64,000 nucleotides of DNA from Okamejei kenojei (Eukaryota). Location: positions 186,001 to 250,000 of the forward strand of contig CM069142.1 in NCBI GenBank assembly GCA_035221665.1, written 5' to 3'. Position 1 is the stretch's first letter; every line of letters begins with the position of its first letter. The position numbers and the translations under genes were made by a program. Below the pieces are notes generated by a model, which was not told the origin of the DNA, ran no database searches, and was given only the letters and a program-made list of their open reading frames with translations. Positions 1-11,720 of this stretch are shown here, piece after piece.

Positions 1-799
1 TTTCACACTTCTGTACCTCTTGCCTGATGGGAGAGGGGAGAGGGGAGAGGGAAGAAGAGGGAGTGGCCAGGGTGCAACTTGTCCTTAATTACGCTGCTGG
101 TCTTGCCGAAGCGAGTCAAAGGAATGGAGGTCCCGACCCGAAACGTCACCCATTCCATCTCTCCAGAGATGCTGCCAGTTCCGCTGCGTTACTCCAGCAT
201 TTTGTGTCTACCAAAGGAATGGAGGTTGGTTTGTGTGATGGTCTGGGCTGTCTGTGTTCACAACTCCCTGCAATTTATTGCGGTCTTGAGCTGATCCCAA
301 ACCAGGCTGTGATGCATCCTGATAAAATGCTTTCTGTGGTGCATATGTAGAAGTTGCTGAGAGTTGTTGGGGATATATGCACAGAGATACAGCGAAAAGC
401 TTTGTTTAGCATGCAGTCCAATCATATCTGATACTATACATAAGTACAATCAAGCCAAACTCCAACAAAGAGAGTGCAGAATATAGTTCTCAGCATTGTA
501 GCGCAATAGTTCCATAGACAAAGGAGTTGGAGTCTGAGGGTGGTGAATCTGTGGAATTTATTACCACAGACAGCAGTGGATACTGTCTTTTTTTAAATCA
601 GAGATTGCTAGATTCTTGACTAGTAAGCGTGTCAGATATGCCATTTCTTGCGGCCTTGGTAGGTAATTATATGTTATTGTCGTTGGTTTACTATTGTCAC
701 CTGTACTGAGATAGTAAAAATATATCATTATGTGCTATCCAGACAGATCATATCATACACAAGTACAACAGGTTGTGCTAAAGACAAATGAAAATTACA

Positions 800-1625
800 G
801 TGTGTAGGAAAGAACTGCAGAGGCTGGTTTACACCGAAGGTAGACACAAAATGCTGGAGTAACTCAGTGGGACAGGCAGCATCTCTGGAGAGAAGGAATG
901 GGTGAAGTTTCAGGTCGGGACCCTTCATCAGAGTGAGTGTCAGGAGAGAGGGAAACAGATGTGGAAGGGTAAGGTGTGGAAACAAGAAATCAAAAGGGGA
1001 GTTGTCAAGAAAAATATAGAATGAATCATTGTTAGCTGCAGCAATGCATCCAACCAGTAAAATATAGTCAGGAGGAAGCTAATCGAACTAGCATGAGGGA
1101 GAGATGGAGAAAGGAGAAAAGCAAGGATTACTTCAAGTTACTTGAAGTCAATATAAATACATCTAGGTTATAAACTGCCCAAGCAAAATGTGAGGTGCTG
1201 GGCCTCGCACTGACAGCGGAGGAGGCCCGGGACAGAAAGGTTAGTGTGGGAATGGGAGGTGGAGTTCAAGTATTTAGCAACTGGGAGGTCATGTTGGCCA
1301 AGGCAGACTGAGCAGAGGTGTTCAACGAAACAATCGCCGAGCGATGAGGTTGGAGGAGGTGCAAGTGAACCTCTGCCTCACCTGAAAGGACTGTCGGGGT
1401 CCTTGGATAGTCGAGGGAGAAGGTATAGGGACAGGTGTTGCATCTCCATTTGTTGCGGGAGAAAGTACCTGGGGAGGGGGTGGTTTGGGTGGGAAAGGAC
1501 GAGTTGACCGGGGAGATGCGGAGGGAATGGTCTCCATGGAAAGGGGTGGAAATGGGAAGATGTGGATTGTGGTGGAATCCTGTTGGAGGTGGCGAAAATG
1601 TCAGAGGATGATGTGCTGTATGCGA
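800..1625 (-). mobile_element. Penelope-like retroelement fragment (GIY-YIG-proximal ORF remnant plus 3' pseudo-LTR with hammerhead motif)
   Basis: Minus-strand peptides PGTFSRNKWRCNTCPY and TIQGPRQSFQVRQRFTCTSSNLI match the Cys-rich linker before the PLE GIY-YIG domain; CTGATGA..GAAAC core at 904-931; an inverted partial copy follows at ~1626-2210. Confidence 0.75.
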
Positions 1626-1650
1626 CAGTCTTTTCAGGTGAGGCAGGTTC

Positions 1651-1974
1651 TTTAGCAACTTGTCAGTTTCTTTGTTGAACTAAATTAAGGCGTATGTCGC
1701 AATCAAAAGCACTTGAACAATGGGTTGGGAAGAAAGCCAAACTGTAAGAAAGAGGACTGCGCCTCCTTTTCAAGAGCAGCCAGCTCTTGCACGGTCAGTG
1801 CCAAAGCATCAACATGACCCTTAAACGTGCTACCTCCCGTTGTTCTTTTTCTGATGTACCATAAACTACTTCCTTGACCACTTCAAATTCATCCACTGGA
1901 ATTTTTAGGTCAGGCTCAACTTGAGAGATGATGACATTCAAGTGCTCTTCAACTTCAGTCAACAACTGCATTTC
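1651..1974 (-). pseudogene. DDX1: Processed DDX1 (DEAD-box helicase 1) 3' fragment
   Basis: Minus strand reads [30 protein letters not shown], then after a frameshift [44 protein letters not shown] (stop 1703-1705); this matches the vertebrate DDX1 C-terminus as recalled; absent at the equivalent site (~32690) in the other copy. Confidence 0.9.
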
Positions 1975-3446
1975 ACTTGATAGTATACCTTCCCCTCAGT
2001 AACAATGTTCCATTCTACATTTTCCTTGACCTTCGTCCCTCTTCATCTGTCATTGTTACACCTAACCCTCCCATATCTCTATGTCTCCCTCTCCCCTGAC
2101 TCTCAGTCTGAAGAAGCATCTCAACCCCAAAAAAAAAAAATCACTCATTCTTTTCATCCAGAGATCCTGCCTGTCCCGCTGAGTTACTCCAGTATTTTGT
2201 GTCTATCGTCAAAGATTATAGTATGATAGAGCAAGTGTGGATTCATGTTTACGGGCTTGTTAGGCAGCAGCAAATATGTCTTTCATTGTTCCGTTGTCAG
2301 TACATTTGAGAAATAACACTCTTGACTCTCTCCATAGATGATGGTGTAAGCCAATAAGACAAGAGATCTGGTTATTATTGCTCCTTACTCTGTGCACATC
2401 ATGTTTTAAATGTTCATTGCTTTGTGAGTGTTGAATATAAATGATTTGGGAAAGGGGAAAAGATATCATGCTTGTTGCATCCCACCATTTTATTTTGCGG
2501 TTTATTATGATGAAGTTTTAGGTTTTAGGTTTATTATTGTCATGGCTACTGAGGTACAGTGAAAAGCTTTGCTTTGCAACTATCCAAACAGTTCAGATAA
2601 TAACTTGACATAAATAAATCAAGTACTCAGGTAGGGCCAAGGGGGGGAAGATACAGAGTGCAGAATATCGTTCTCAGTTAATGCAGCGCATTCCAGTTCC
2701 AGAGACAAAGTCCAATGTCCACAATGGGGTAGAGATGAATTTGGCTGTCAGACAGTTACTCTAGCTTTGGAAGGATGTATGTATTTTATTAATTTGTTTT
2801 ATTTTTGTAGCCTGAAACCTAACAAGGGAAGAAGCTGTTCCCGATCTGGTGGTGCCCACTTTCAAGCTTCCATACCTTCTGCCAGATGGGAGCAAGGAGA
2901 AGAGGAATGACAGGGTTGGGACATCTTTGATTATTGCTTTTTGTTTTAATGCCTGGTTTGGGCTTTTCAACCTGGGCTTTGGAAAACTGTGGTCATTCTC
3001 GGTTACATTGTCTGTTTGGCAGAAACAGAAGACACATGGAACAGCAACTGCTGGAATCTTACGTTGAACAGAAAGTACTCGAGTAACTGAGAGGGTCATG
3101 CAGCATCTCTGGAGAACATGGACGGACGATACTTCAGATCAGGACCCTTCAGAAGTAGAAGATCTTCTCCAGGGTCTTCAGTGTTACAATACTCGACCAA
3201 AACACAAAGTGCTGGGGTAACTCAGTGGGAAATGCAAGTGGAGGGGATGTTTCCAGTAGTGGGTCGGTCTCGGACCAGAGGGTGCTGCCTTAGAATAAAA
3301 GGACGTACCTTTAGAATAGAGAAAAGGAAGAAATTCTTTAGCCAGAGTGTGGTGAACCTGTGGAATTCATCGTCACAGATCGTGACAGGTTCTTAATTAG
3401 TAAGGGCACCAAAGGTTACGGGAAGAAGGCAGGAGAATGGGGTTTA

Positions 3447-4439
3447 GGCTGTGGGCCGAGCAACAAAAATGTGTCTAGCAATCAGCTTTCGTGACCCATG
3501 TCTCGGAACTACATTAAATTTTGCATAGATTTAGATAAAATATAATTGAGAAGGAACTCATAACTCGTAAGTGCCAAAAGTTGCACATTAATTAATTAAA
3601 CCAATTAGAAAAAGAGATCGAAAAAGTAAGCGCCATCTAGTATCCAATGCCCATATTACACCATGGGGAGCCTATTTCCGTATTGCAGTCTCTTATATTA
3701 TTATACCATCTATAGACCGCCCGCTCGCTTACCGGCGGCCCGATAGCCCGACAGACCCCTCACCGCACCCACCGGAGGCCCAGCCAGATGCTCACCAACC
3801 CGGCGGAGGCCCGGCCAGATGCTCCCCAACCGGCGGAGGCCCGGCCCGATGCTCACCAACCATGAGGAGGCACAGCCCAACTCTCACCACCCACCGGCAG
3901 CCCGACCGATCCTCCACAGCATCCATCGGCCTACTGACAAGCCCGACTGACTGACCAACTGACTGACCCTAACCTTAGCAGTACATTTGTTATTTATCAT
4001 TTTTATTTAACAGTTCACATTATAACTTTATAAAGCTAAATCAATTGAGAAACAAAATGAACAGCAAGGTGAGCATTACCTTTATTCCTTGGAAACCTTG
4101 TTATAGTTTTGATGTAATGAGGAGACAGTCATGATCCCAGAGTCATCGCTGCCTAGCGACCATATAACAAAGCGTGGGATTGGTAAATTTGCGTCCGACC
4201 TCAATGTCAAACGTGCATTGATTGGGCAATTACTACTTAGAAAAGGGGGGGGGGGGGGGGGGGGGGGGGGGGTGGGGGGGTTTTTCATATTTCTTAAGAA
4301 TGTGCAGGTTTTGGTCTGGGGGGAGGGGTGAACGAGTTTCAGGAAATGATTTATATAATATTTAAATATACGTTAAAAATTTGGTAGTTCCGCGAGTTGG
4401 GTCACGAACATGAACGAAAAAGTTCCTCGGCCCACAGCG
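3447..4439. mobile_element. Non-autonomous DNA transposon (MITE) with internal GC-rich ~30-bp tandem repeat
   Basis: TIR GGCTGTGGGCCGAG / CTCGGCCCACAGC(G), extending imperfectly to ~75 bp; TA on both flanks; splits a CR1 3' end; partial second copy at ~40885-41627. Confidence 0.75.
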
Positions 4440-4904
4440 TAGCTGAGAGGGAAAGATAGATCAGCCATGATTTAAATGGCTGAGCAGACTCGATGGGCCG
4501 GATTGCCTAGCTCTGACTCCAATGATGTATGGAACTTACGACTGGTTGGGATCATGTAAATCCCTTGAGATAATTAAATCCCTTGAGTAATGTAGGCGAA
4601 GAGGGAAATCAGGAGGGCAAAAAGAGGATAAAAGTACTGCTTTCATAAATAATGTAAAAGATCCTCGCGAAGATAGTCAAGTGTTATTAAGGGCCTAAGA
4701 GTAACTAGAGAGAAAATAGGGCTACTTATAGATCAATCACAAGGTCATTCCATGGTTGGAGCTACAGGAGATATGCAAGATGTTAAACCAAGAGTCAGCT
4801 ATTAAAGTGCTTAATTGTTAGATGTACTGCATGGAACAACGGAACAATTAAATGCTTACTTGCTGGCAGCCTACCAGGTCTATAAATGCAACAGCACACC
4901 GATA

Positions 4905-5840
4905 ACATAGAAAAATAGTTGCAGGAGTAGGCCATTCCACCCTTTGAGCCAGCACCGCCATTCAATATGATCATGGCTGATCATCTAAAATCAGTACCCC
5001 ATTCCTGCTTTTTCCACCATATCCCTGAATTCCTATAGCCCTCAAGAGCTAAATCTAACTCTCTCTTGAAAACATCCAGTGAATTGGCCTCCACTGCCTT
5101 CTGTGGCAGGGAATTCCACAGATTCACAACTTCTGGGTGAAAGGGGGGAAAAATTCTCTTTTAAGGTTTCTTCCTCATCTCACTCCCAACCGCTGAAACT
5201 ACCGTGACCTCTGGTTCTGGACTCCCAACTTTGGGAACATTTTTTCCTGCATTTAGTATGTCCAATCCTTTAAGAATTTTATAGTTTCTATAAGATCCCC
5301 TCTCTCCTTCTAATACAAAAATAGTATTTCTAAATTTACAAGCCCAGTTGACCCATTCTTTCATCATATGTCAGTCTCCCGCCATCCGGGGAATTAACCT
5401 GGTGAACCCACACTGCACTCCCACAATAGCAAGAAAGTCCTTCCACAAATTAGGAGACCAAAATTGCATACAATACTCCAGGTGCGGTCTCACCAGGGCC
5501 CTGTACAACTGCCATAGGATCTCCTTGCTCCCAAACTCTTATCCTCTCGCAATGAAGGCCAACATGTCATTAGCTTTCTTCACTGCCTGCTGTACCTGCA
5601 TGCTTACTTTCAGTGGCTGATGTACAAGCACACCCAGGTCTTGTTGCACTTCCCTTTTCCTAATCTGACACCATTCAGATAATAATCTGCCTTCGTGTTC
5701 TTGCCACCAAAGTGGATAACATCACATCTGTCCACATTGTACTGCATCTGCCCACTAAGCCAACCTATCCAAGTCACCCTGCAGCCTCATAGCATCCTCC
5801 TCGCAGCTCACTGCCACCCAGCTTTGCGTCATCCGCAATA
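4905..5840 (-). mobile_element. CR1 LINE 3' fragment
   Basis: RT C-terminal remnant and CR1 3' UTR/tail; duplicated at ~42085-42995, where the ORF reads LYRALVRPHLEYC. Confidence 0.85.
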
Positions 5841-6109
5841 TAATCAAACAAATAAATTAATAACCATAATACTAGCTAACCACCATAGAGCAAAAAACAG
5901 TCCATATTTGCAACCAAAGACACACAGAGAACATTTTTGCTGAGGTTAGTGTTGTGTAGTGTTCAAGAGCCTGATGGTTGCTGGGAAGAAGCTATTCTTG
6001 AACCTGGAGGTCATAGTTTACAGCCCATGTACTTCTTCCTGATGATAGGGGTGAACTGAAGAGCATGGCCAGTGTGGTTGCAGGGTCTTTCATGAAGAAA
6101 CTTGAGTTT

Positions 6110-6850
6110 GATCTGTTACAAGGCAAGATTAGCAAGTTTGCTGACGATACAAAGTGAGTGATTTTGTAGATAATTGTGAAAGATTGCAGCAAGATACGGA
6201 TCGATTGGCCAGGTGGTCAGAGGAAACAGTTGATGGAATTTAATACGGTGAAGTGTGTGGAGGGTTGCATTTTGGGACGTCGAACAAGGGCAGGACCTAC
6301 TCAGTAAGTGGTAGGCCTCTGGGTAGTGTTGTAGAGCAGTGTGTGGGTTATAGTACAGGGTGCATGGTTCCTTGAAGGTCGAGTCGCAGGCAGATAGGTG
6401 GTCAAAAAGGCTTTTGGCACTTTGGCCTTGATCAGTCAGAGAATTGAGTATGGAAGTTGGGAGGTCATGTTGCAGTTGTACAAAACGTTGGTGAGACCGC
6501 ATTTAGAATAGTGTGTTCAGTCTGGGCACCATGTTATAGGAAAGATATTGTCAAGCTTGAAAGGGTTCAGAAAAGATTTATGAGGATGTTGCCAGGACCA
6601 GAGACTGTGAGCTATAGGGAGAGGTTGAGTATGCTGGGTCTCTATTCCATGGAGCGCAGGAGGATGAGGAGAGATCTTATAGAGTTATACAAAATCATAG
6701 GAGGAATAGATCAGGTAGATGGACAGAGCCTTTTACCCAGAGTAGGGGAATAGAGGACCAGAGGACGTAGGTTCAAGGTGAAGGGGAAAATATCTGAGGG
6801 GTAACTAAGAATCTGATGGGTAAATCTTTCACACAGAGGGTGGTGGGTGG
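6110..6850 (+). mobile_element. CR1 LINE RT fragment
   Basis: KFADDTK motif and WAPCYRKDIVKLERVQKRF; duplicated at ~43260-44200. Confidence 0.85.
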
Positions 6851-7199
6851 TGGGAGGATTCAAATAGAGAAAACTAGTAGACAGTGTAGGAGGCAGAGAA
6901 AGGAAGCACTCAGACCCAACATGTAGGGGAGAAATAGTAGAAAAAGATAATAAAAGAGAATAAGAGGGTGTGGGTTTATTTAAATGTGGAGCAGTCGAGG
7001 CAGAGGGGTGTAAAATGAAGGGTAGAAGCAATAGGTAGCAAGGGAAAATTAAAAGTGCAGGTGCGCGGAGACGAGGAATCGCGACGGGCGCGCGGAGTAG
7101 GATCAGAGTAAAGTGATATCTCCCTATCTAGTCACTCTCAACGAGGTTGAGTCATATATATGGAGAGAGGAAATAGACTTGGGGTAGAAAACACTATGC

Positions 7200-10100
7200 A
7201 TCTTGAAGCTTGATGTCTCAAAGCAAGGAGCATTCTACCAGAGGACTGGGAGAAATTCAGAGTCCAGCAGAGGATGACAAGGGGCTTAATTAGGAAAAGG
7301 AAAATAGATTAATAAAAGAAATCTTGCCGGGAACTAACAAAGACTGCAAAGGTTTATAGATATGTGAAGAGCAAAAGATTAGTTAAAACAAAAAATTGGT
7401 AAAAAAAAAAAAAAAACAAAAAAAAAAAAAAAAAAAAAAAGGTTCCCCCCCCCCCTGCAGTCCAAAACGTGAATTGATCATGGGAACAAGGACATGGCCT
7501 ACCAATTGAATAACTACTGTGATTCTGTCCTTCACTAAGGAAGATGCATAAATAATTCTACCGGAAATAGCAGTGACCAGGGGTCAAATGAGATGCGGAA
7601 ACGGATGAAATCCAGGTTAGCCGGGAAGTGGTGTTAGGTAAATTGAATGGATTAAAGGCCAATAAACCCTCATTGACAGATAGTCTGCATCCCAGAGTAC
7701 TTAAGGAAGTAGCCCCAGAAATAGGGATTGCATTAGTGCTATTTTTTCAAAACTCTTTAGATTCTGGAGTATTCCTTGGAGGATTGGAGGGTAGCTGATG
7801 TAACCCACATTTTAAAAGGAGGGAGAAAGAAAACGGGGAATTGACAGACCAGTTAGTCTAACTATCGGTAGTGGGGAAAATGCTAGAGTCAATTATTAAA
7901 GATGGGATAGCAGCACATTTGGAAAGTGGTGAAATCATTGGCCCAGTTCAGTATGGATTTATGAAAGGTAAATCATGTCCTGACGAATCTTATAGAATAT
8001 TTCGAGGATGTAACTAGTAAGTGGATAAGGGAGAACCAGTGCTGCATTTATATCTGGACGTTGAGGCTTTTGACAAGGTCCCACATAAAAGATTAGTATG
8101 CAAACTTAAATACACGTATGGGGGTTCAGTAATTGATGTGGATAGAGAACTGGCTGGCTGAAAGGAAGCAAAGAGTAGGAGGTATATGGGTACTTTTCTG
8201 AATGGGCAAGGCAGTGACTAGTGGGAGGTTACCGCAGGCTCGGTGTGGGACCAGCTATTTAATATTAATTAATGATTTGACATACGGGAAATTGAAGCAA
8301 ATCTCCAAGTTGCGGATGACACGAAGCTGGGGGGCTGAGTGTTAGCTGTGGGGAGGATGATAGGAGGCTTCAAGGTGACAGGGATAGGGTGGCTGAGTGG
8401 GCTAATGCACGACTGAGCAGTATATAATGTGGAATAATGTGTGGTTATCCACCTTGGTGGCAAAAAAAAAAGGAAATGTAGACTATTATATGAATGGTGG
8501 CCCGATTAGGAAAATGGGAGATGCAGCGAGACATGGGTTTGTCATGGTAAACCATCATTGTAAGTAGGCGTTGGGCAGGGGCCAGAAGGCAGTGAAGAAA
8601 GGAATGGTATGTTTGCATTCATAGCAAAAGGATTTGTATTATAGGCGCAAGGAGGTTCTACTGCTGTTGTTACAGGTTCTTGGTGAGACCACACCTGGAG
8701 TATTGGTAATAGTAGTGGTCTCCTAATCTGAGGAAAGACATTCTTTGCCTTGAGGGAGTACAGAGAAGGTTCACCAGACTGATACTGGGATGTCAGGACG
8801 TTCTATGAAGAAGACTGGACTGACTCGGCTTGTACTCGCTAGAATTTAGAAGTGTGAGGGGGGATCTTATTGCATCTTACAAAGTTGCTTAAGTGTTTGG
8901 GACAGGTTTCGATACTGGAAGATTGTTCCGTTGTTGGGGGTGGTCAGAACTAGGGGTCACATGTTGTAAGGATAAGGAAGAAATGTTTTTTAGGACTGTG
9001 ATGATGAAAACTTATTTCATCTTGAGAGTGGTGAAGCTCTGAAATTCTCTGCCACAGAAGGTAGTAGTTTGAGGCCAGTTCATTGGCTTTATTTAAGTGG
9101 GTGTTAGATTTGGCCTCCTGGGCTGAAAGGGGATCAGGAGGAGGGAAGAGAAGGCAGGTATGAGATACTGAGTTGGGATGATAAGCATGATCATATTGAA
9201 TGGTGGTGCAGGCTGAAGGGCCGAAGGGCCTTCGCATGCAACTAATTGTCTATGGTTTTTTGTAGTGGGATCGATGTGATTTGGTGAGATGTGCAAGGTA
9301 CTTATTTGAATGCGGCGAAGTATATTGTAGTAAAGTAGATGGCCTTGAAGCTCAGTTAGAGGTTGGTAGATATGACATTGTGGGGATTAGTGTGTGGCTG
9401 CAGGAGGTTAGGTTCTGGGAAATTATTTTCGGGTGTTGTATTATCCATCCATAGAAGAAAGAACAGGCAGGTGGGCAGAGGGGAGGGAGGGTGAGCAGAG
9501 GGGGAGGGGGGGGGGGGGGGGGGGGGGTGGGGGGGGGTTGGGGGGTGTAGCTCTTCTGGTGAGGAATGGAATTCTGTCCTTGCGAGGGACAAGGGAAAGA
9601 CAATAGGGAATGACAAGTAGAGTCATGTGGATTGAGTTGAGGAATAGCTTAAGAAAGGCATGAAGGACACTAATTGGTATATTACAAACACAAAATAGTA
9701 GCACGGATATAGGGTTGTTAAGTTGCCCAGCGGAGTTTTGAAATCTGGCATGTAAACAAAGGTACGGCCCTGTGGTGATGGGGGGGGATTTCAATATGAG
9801 GTAGATTGGGGAAAATCAGGTTGTTCAGGACCCCAAGAATAAGAGAGTTTGTAGAGTGCCTCCGAGATAGATTCTTAGAGCAGCTTGTAACGGTGCCGAC
9901 ATGAGGAAAAGGCCAATTCTGGACTTAGTGTTGTCAATTTGAAACCAAATTTGTGATAGGATGAACTGAGGGTAAAGGAACCGCTGGGAGGTGTGTGATC
10001 ATAATATGATTTGTTTTAATCTGTAATTTGTGAAGTGAGGAAGGTTAAATCAGGAAGTAGCAGTGGATGCAGTTGAAACAAAGGGGTTATTAAAGGCATG

Positions 10101-10460
10101 ATGAGAGAGCAGCTGGCCAAGGTAGACTGGAAAGGGATCTAGCAGGAATGATGGTTTGGAAACAGCAATGAGGAAATTTCTGGGCAGAATCGGAAGACAC
10201 TGGATTTTTATTCCAAAAAAGGTTAAGGGGTGACAGATTGAGGTCTTTTACAAATGATGAAAGGGATAGACAGAGTTGACGTGGGAAAGCTTTTATTGCG
10301 GGTAGGGAAGAGATTTTCAAACAAGAGGGATGACATGAGAATTAAGGGACAGAGAAAGTTTAGGGTATCTAACGAGAGGGGGAAACTTCTTTACTCAGAG
10401 GGTGGTGCCTGTGGGGAATGATCTTCCAGCAGAAGTGGTGTAGGAGGACGATTTAAACAT
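7200..10460 (+). mobile_element. Tandem degraded CR1 LINE fragments (RT region, then endonuclease region)
   Basis: Recognisable RT motifs (AFDKVPH-like, ADDTKLGG) and EN region, with heavy indel noise. Confidence 0.8.
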
Positions 10461-10960
10461 NNNNNNNNNNNNNNNNNNNNNNNNNNNNNNNNNNNNNNNN
10501 NNNNNNNNNNNNNNNNNNNNNNNNNNNNNNNNNNNNNNNNNNNNNNNNNNNNNNNNNNNNNNNNNNNNNNNNNNNNNNNNNNNNNNNNNNNNNNNNNNNN
10601 NNNNNNNNNNNNNNNNNNNNNNNNNNNNNNNNNNNNNNNNNNNNNNNNNNNNNNNNNNNNNNNNNNNNNNNNNNNNNNNNNNNNNNNNNNNNNNNNNNNN
10701 NNNNNNNNNNNNNNNNNNNNNNNNNNNNNNNNNNNNNNNNNNNNNNNNNNNNNNNNNNNNNNNNNNNNNNNNNNNNNNNNNNNNNNNNNNNNNNNNNNNN
10801 NNNNNNNNNNNNNNNNNNNNNNNNNNNNNNNNNNNNNNNNNNNNNNNNNNNNNNNNNNNNNNNNNNNNNNNNNNNNNNNNNNNNNNNNNNNNNNNNNNNN
10901 NNNNNNNNNNNNNNNNNNNNNNNNNNNNNNNNNNNNNNNNNNNNNNNNNNNNNNNNNNNN
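10461..10960. other. Assembly gap (500 N)
   Basis: Run of N. Confidence 1.
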
Positions 10961-11159
10961 CATAGAGAGAAGTATTTCGATTGCCTGCCTCTCAGTTGGA
11001 AATCTTCTCCTAACTGCGGGCTGCAATCCATGCAGATTGGTCTCCTCTCCTGTCAGTCAACGCCTGGAGGAGGCGGGTTCCATCGCTGACTGACTGCTGA
11101 GGCGGCAAATCAGTGCAGCGATTGGTGCATGAAGTTAGGGGGAGTTGTTGGATGTTGAA

Positions 11160-11720
11160 AAGGTAAGTGGAGAGAGAGGGGGGTAAGAGATAATGTGGAG
11201 TGGAGTGGGTGTGAGGGAGCAAGAGGGTTGATACGGGGTACAGGGACGTTGAGGAGAGGGGAGAGGACAGAGAGGGGATGGGAGAGAGAGAGGTGGAGTG
11301 GGAGGGCAGGGGAAGGGAATGGCAGGGGCAGATGGCAGGGTGGGATGGAGAGAGGAAAGGGGAAGATGGAGATGGGAAGAGGAGCGGTGGAGTAGGGGGA
11401 ACCAGGAAAGGGGTGGGGAGAGACTCGGGGGAGAGAGTAGGAGGGAGAGACGGGGGTGAGAAGGGGAGAGAGGGCGTAGAGGGGGCAGCGAGAGGGGATA
11501 GAGTAGAGGAGAGAAAACGGGAGAGAGGTGGTGAAAGAGGGGGAGATAGGTTTATAGGAGGGGGCGTGTGAGTGGGGTGAGAGAGGGGGAGGTTAGTAGG
11601 GTGTGGGGTGACAGGGGTAGAGGTGAGGGTGGTGTGAGGAAGGGGCGAGGGGGAGAGGGGAAAGAGGGGGGAGAGAGCGGTGGAGGATAGAGGCGGATGA
11701 GGGGAGAAGGGAGGGGAGAA
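11160..11720. repeat. Purine-rich (GA/GGA) low-complexity tract
   Basis: Almost entirely G/A with no stable repeat unit. Confidence 0.85.

Larger units (their letters stand above)
1..10220. repeat. Segmental duplication copy 1 (matches ~29564-51200, intron of the Ig gene)
   Basis: 1-2450 is near-identical to 29564-33157; 3720-6850 matches 40885-43995; 6860-7060 matches 46740-46945; CR1 pieces 8600-10220 match 49850-51200 in the same order. Confidence 0.85.
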
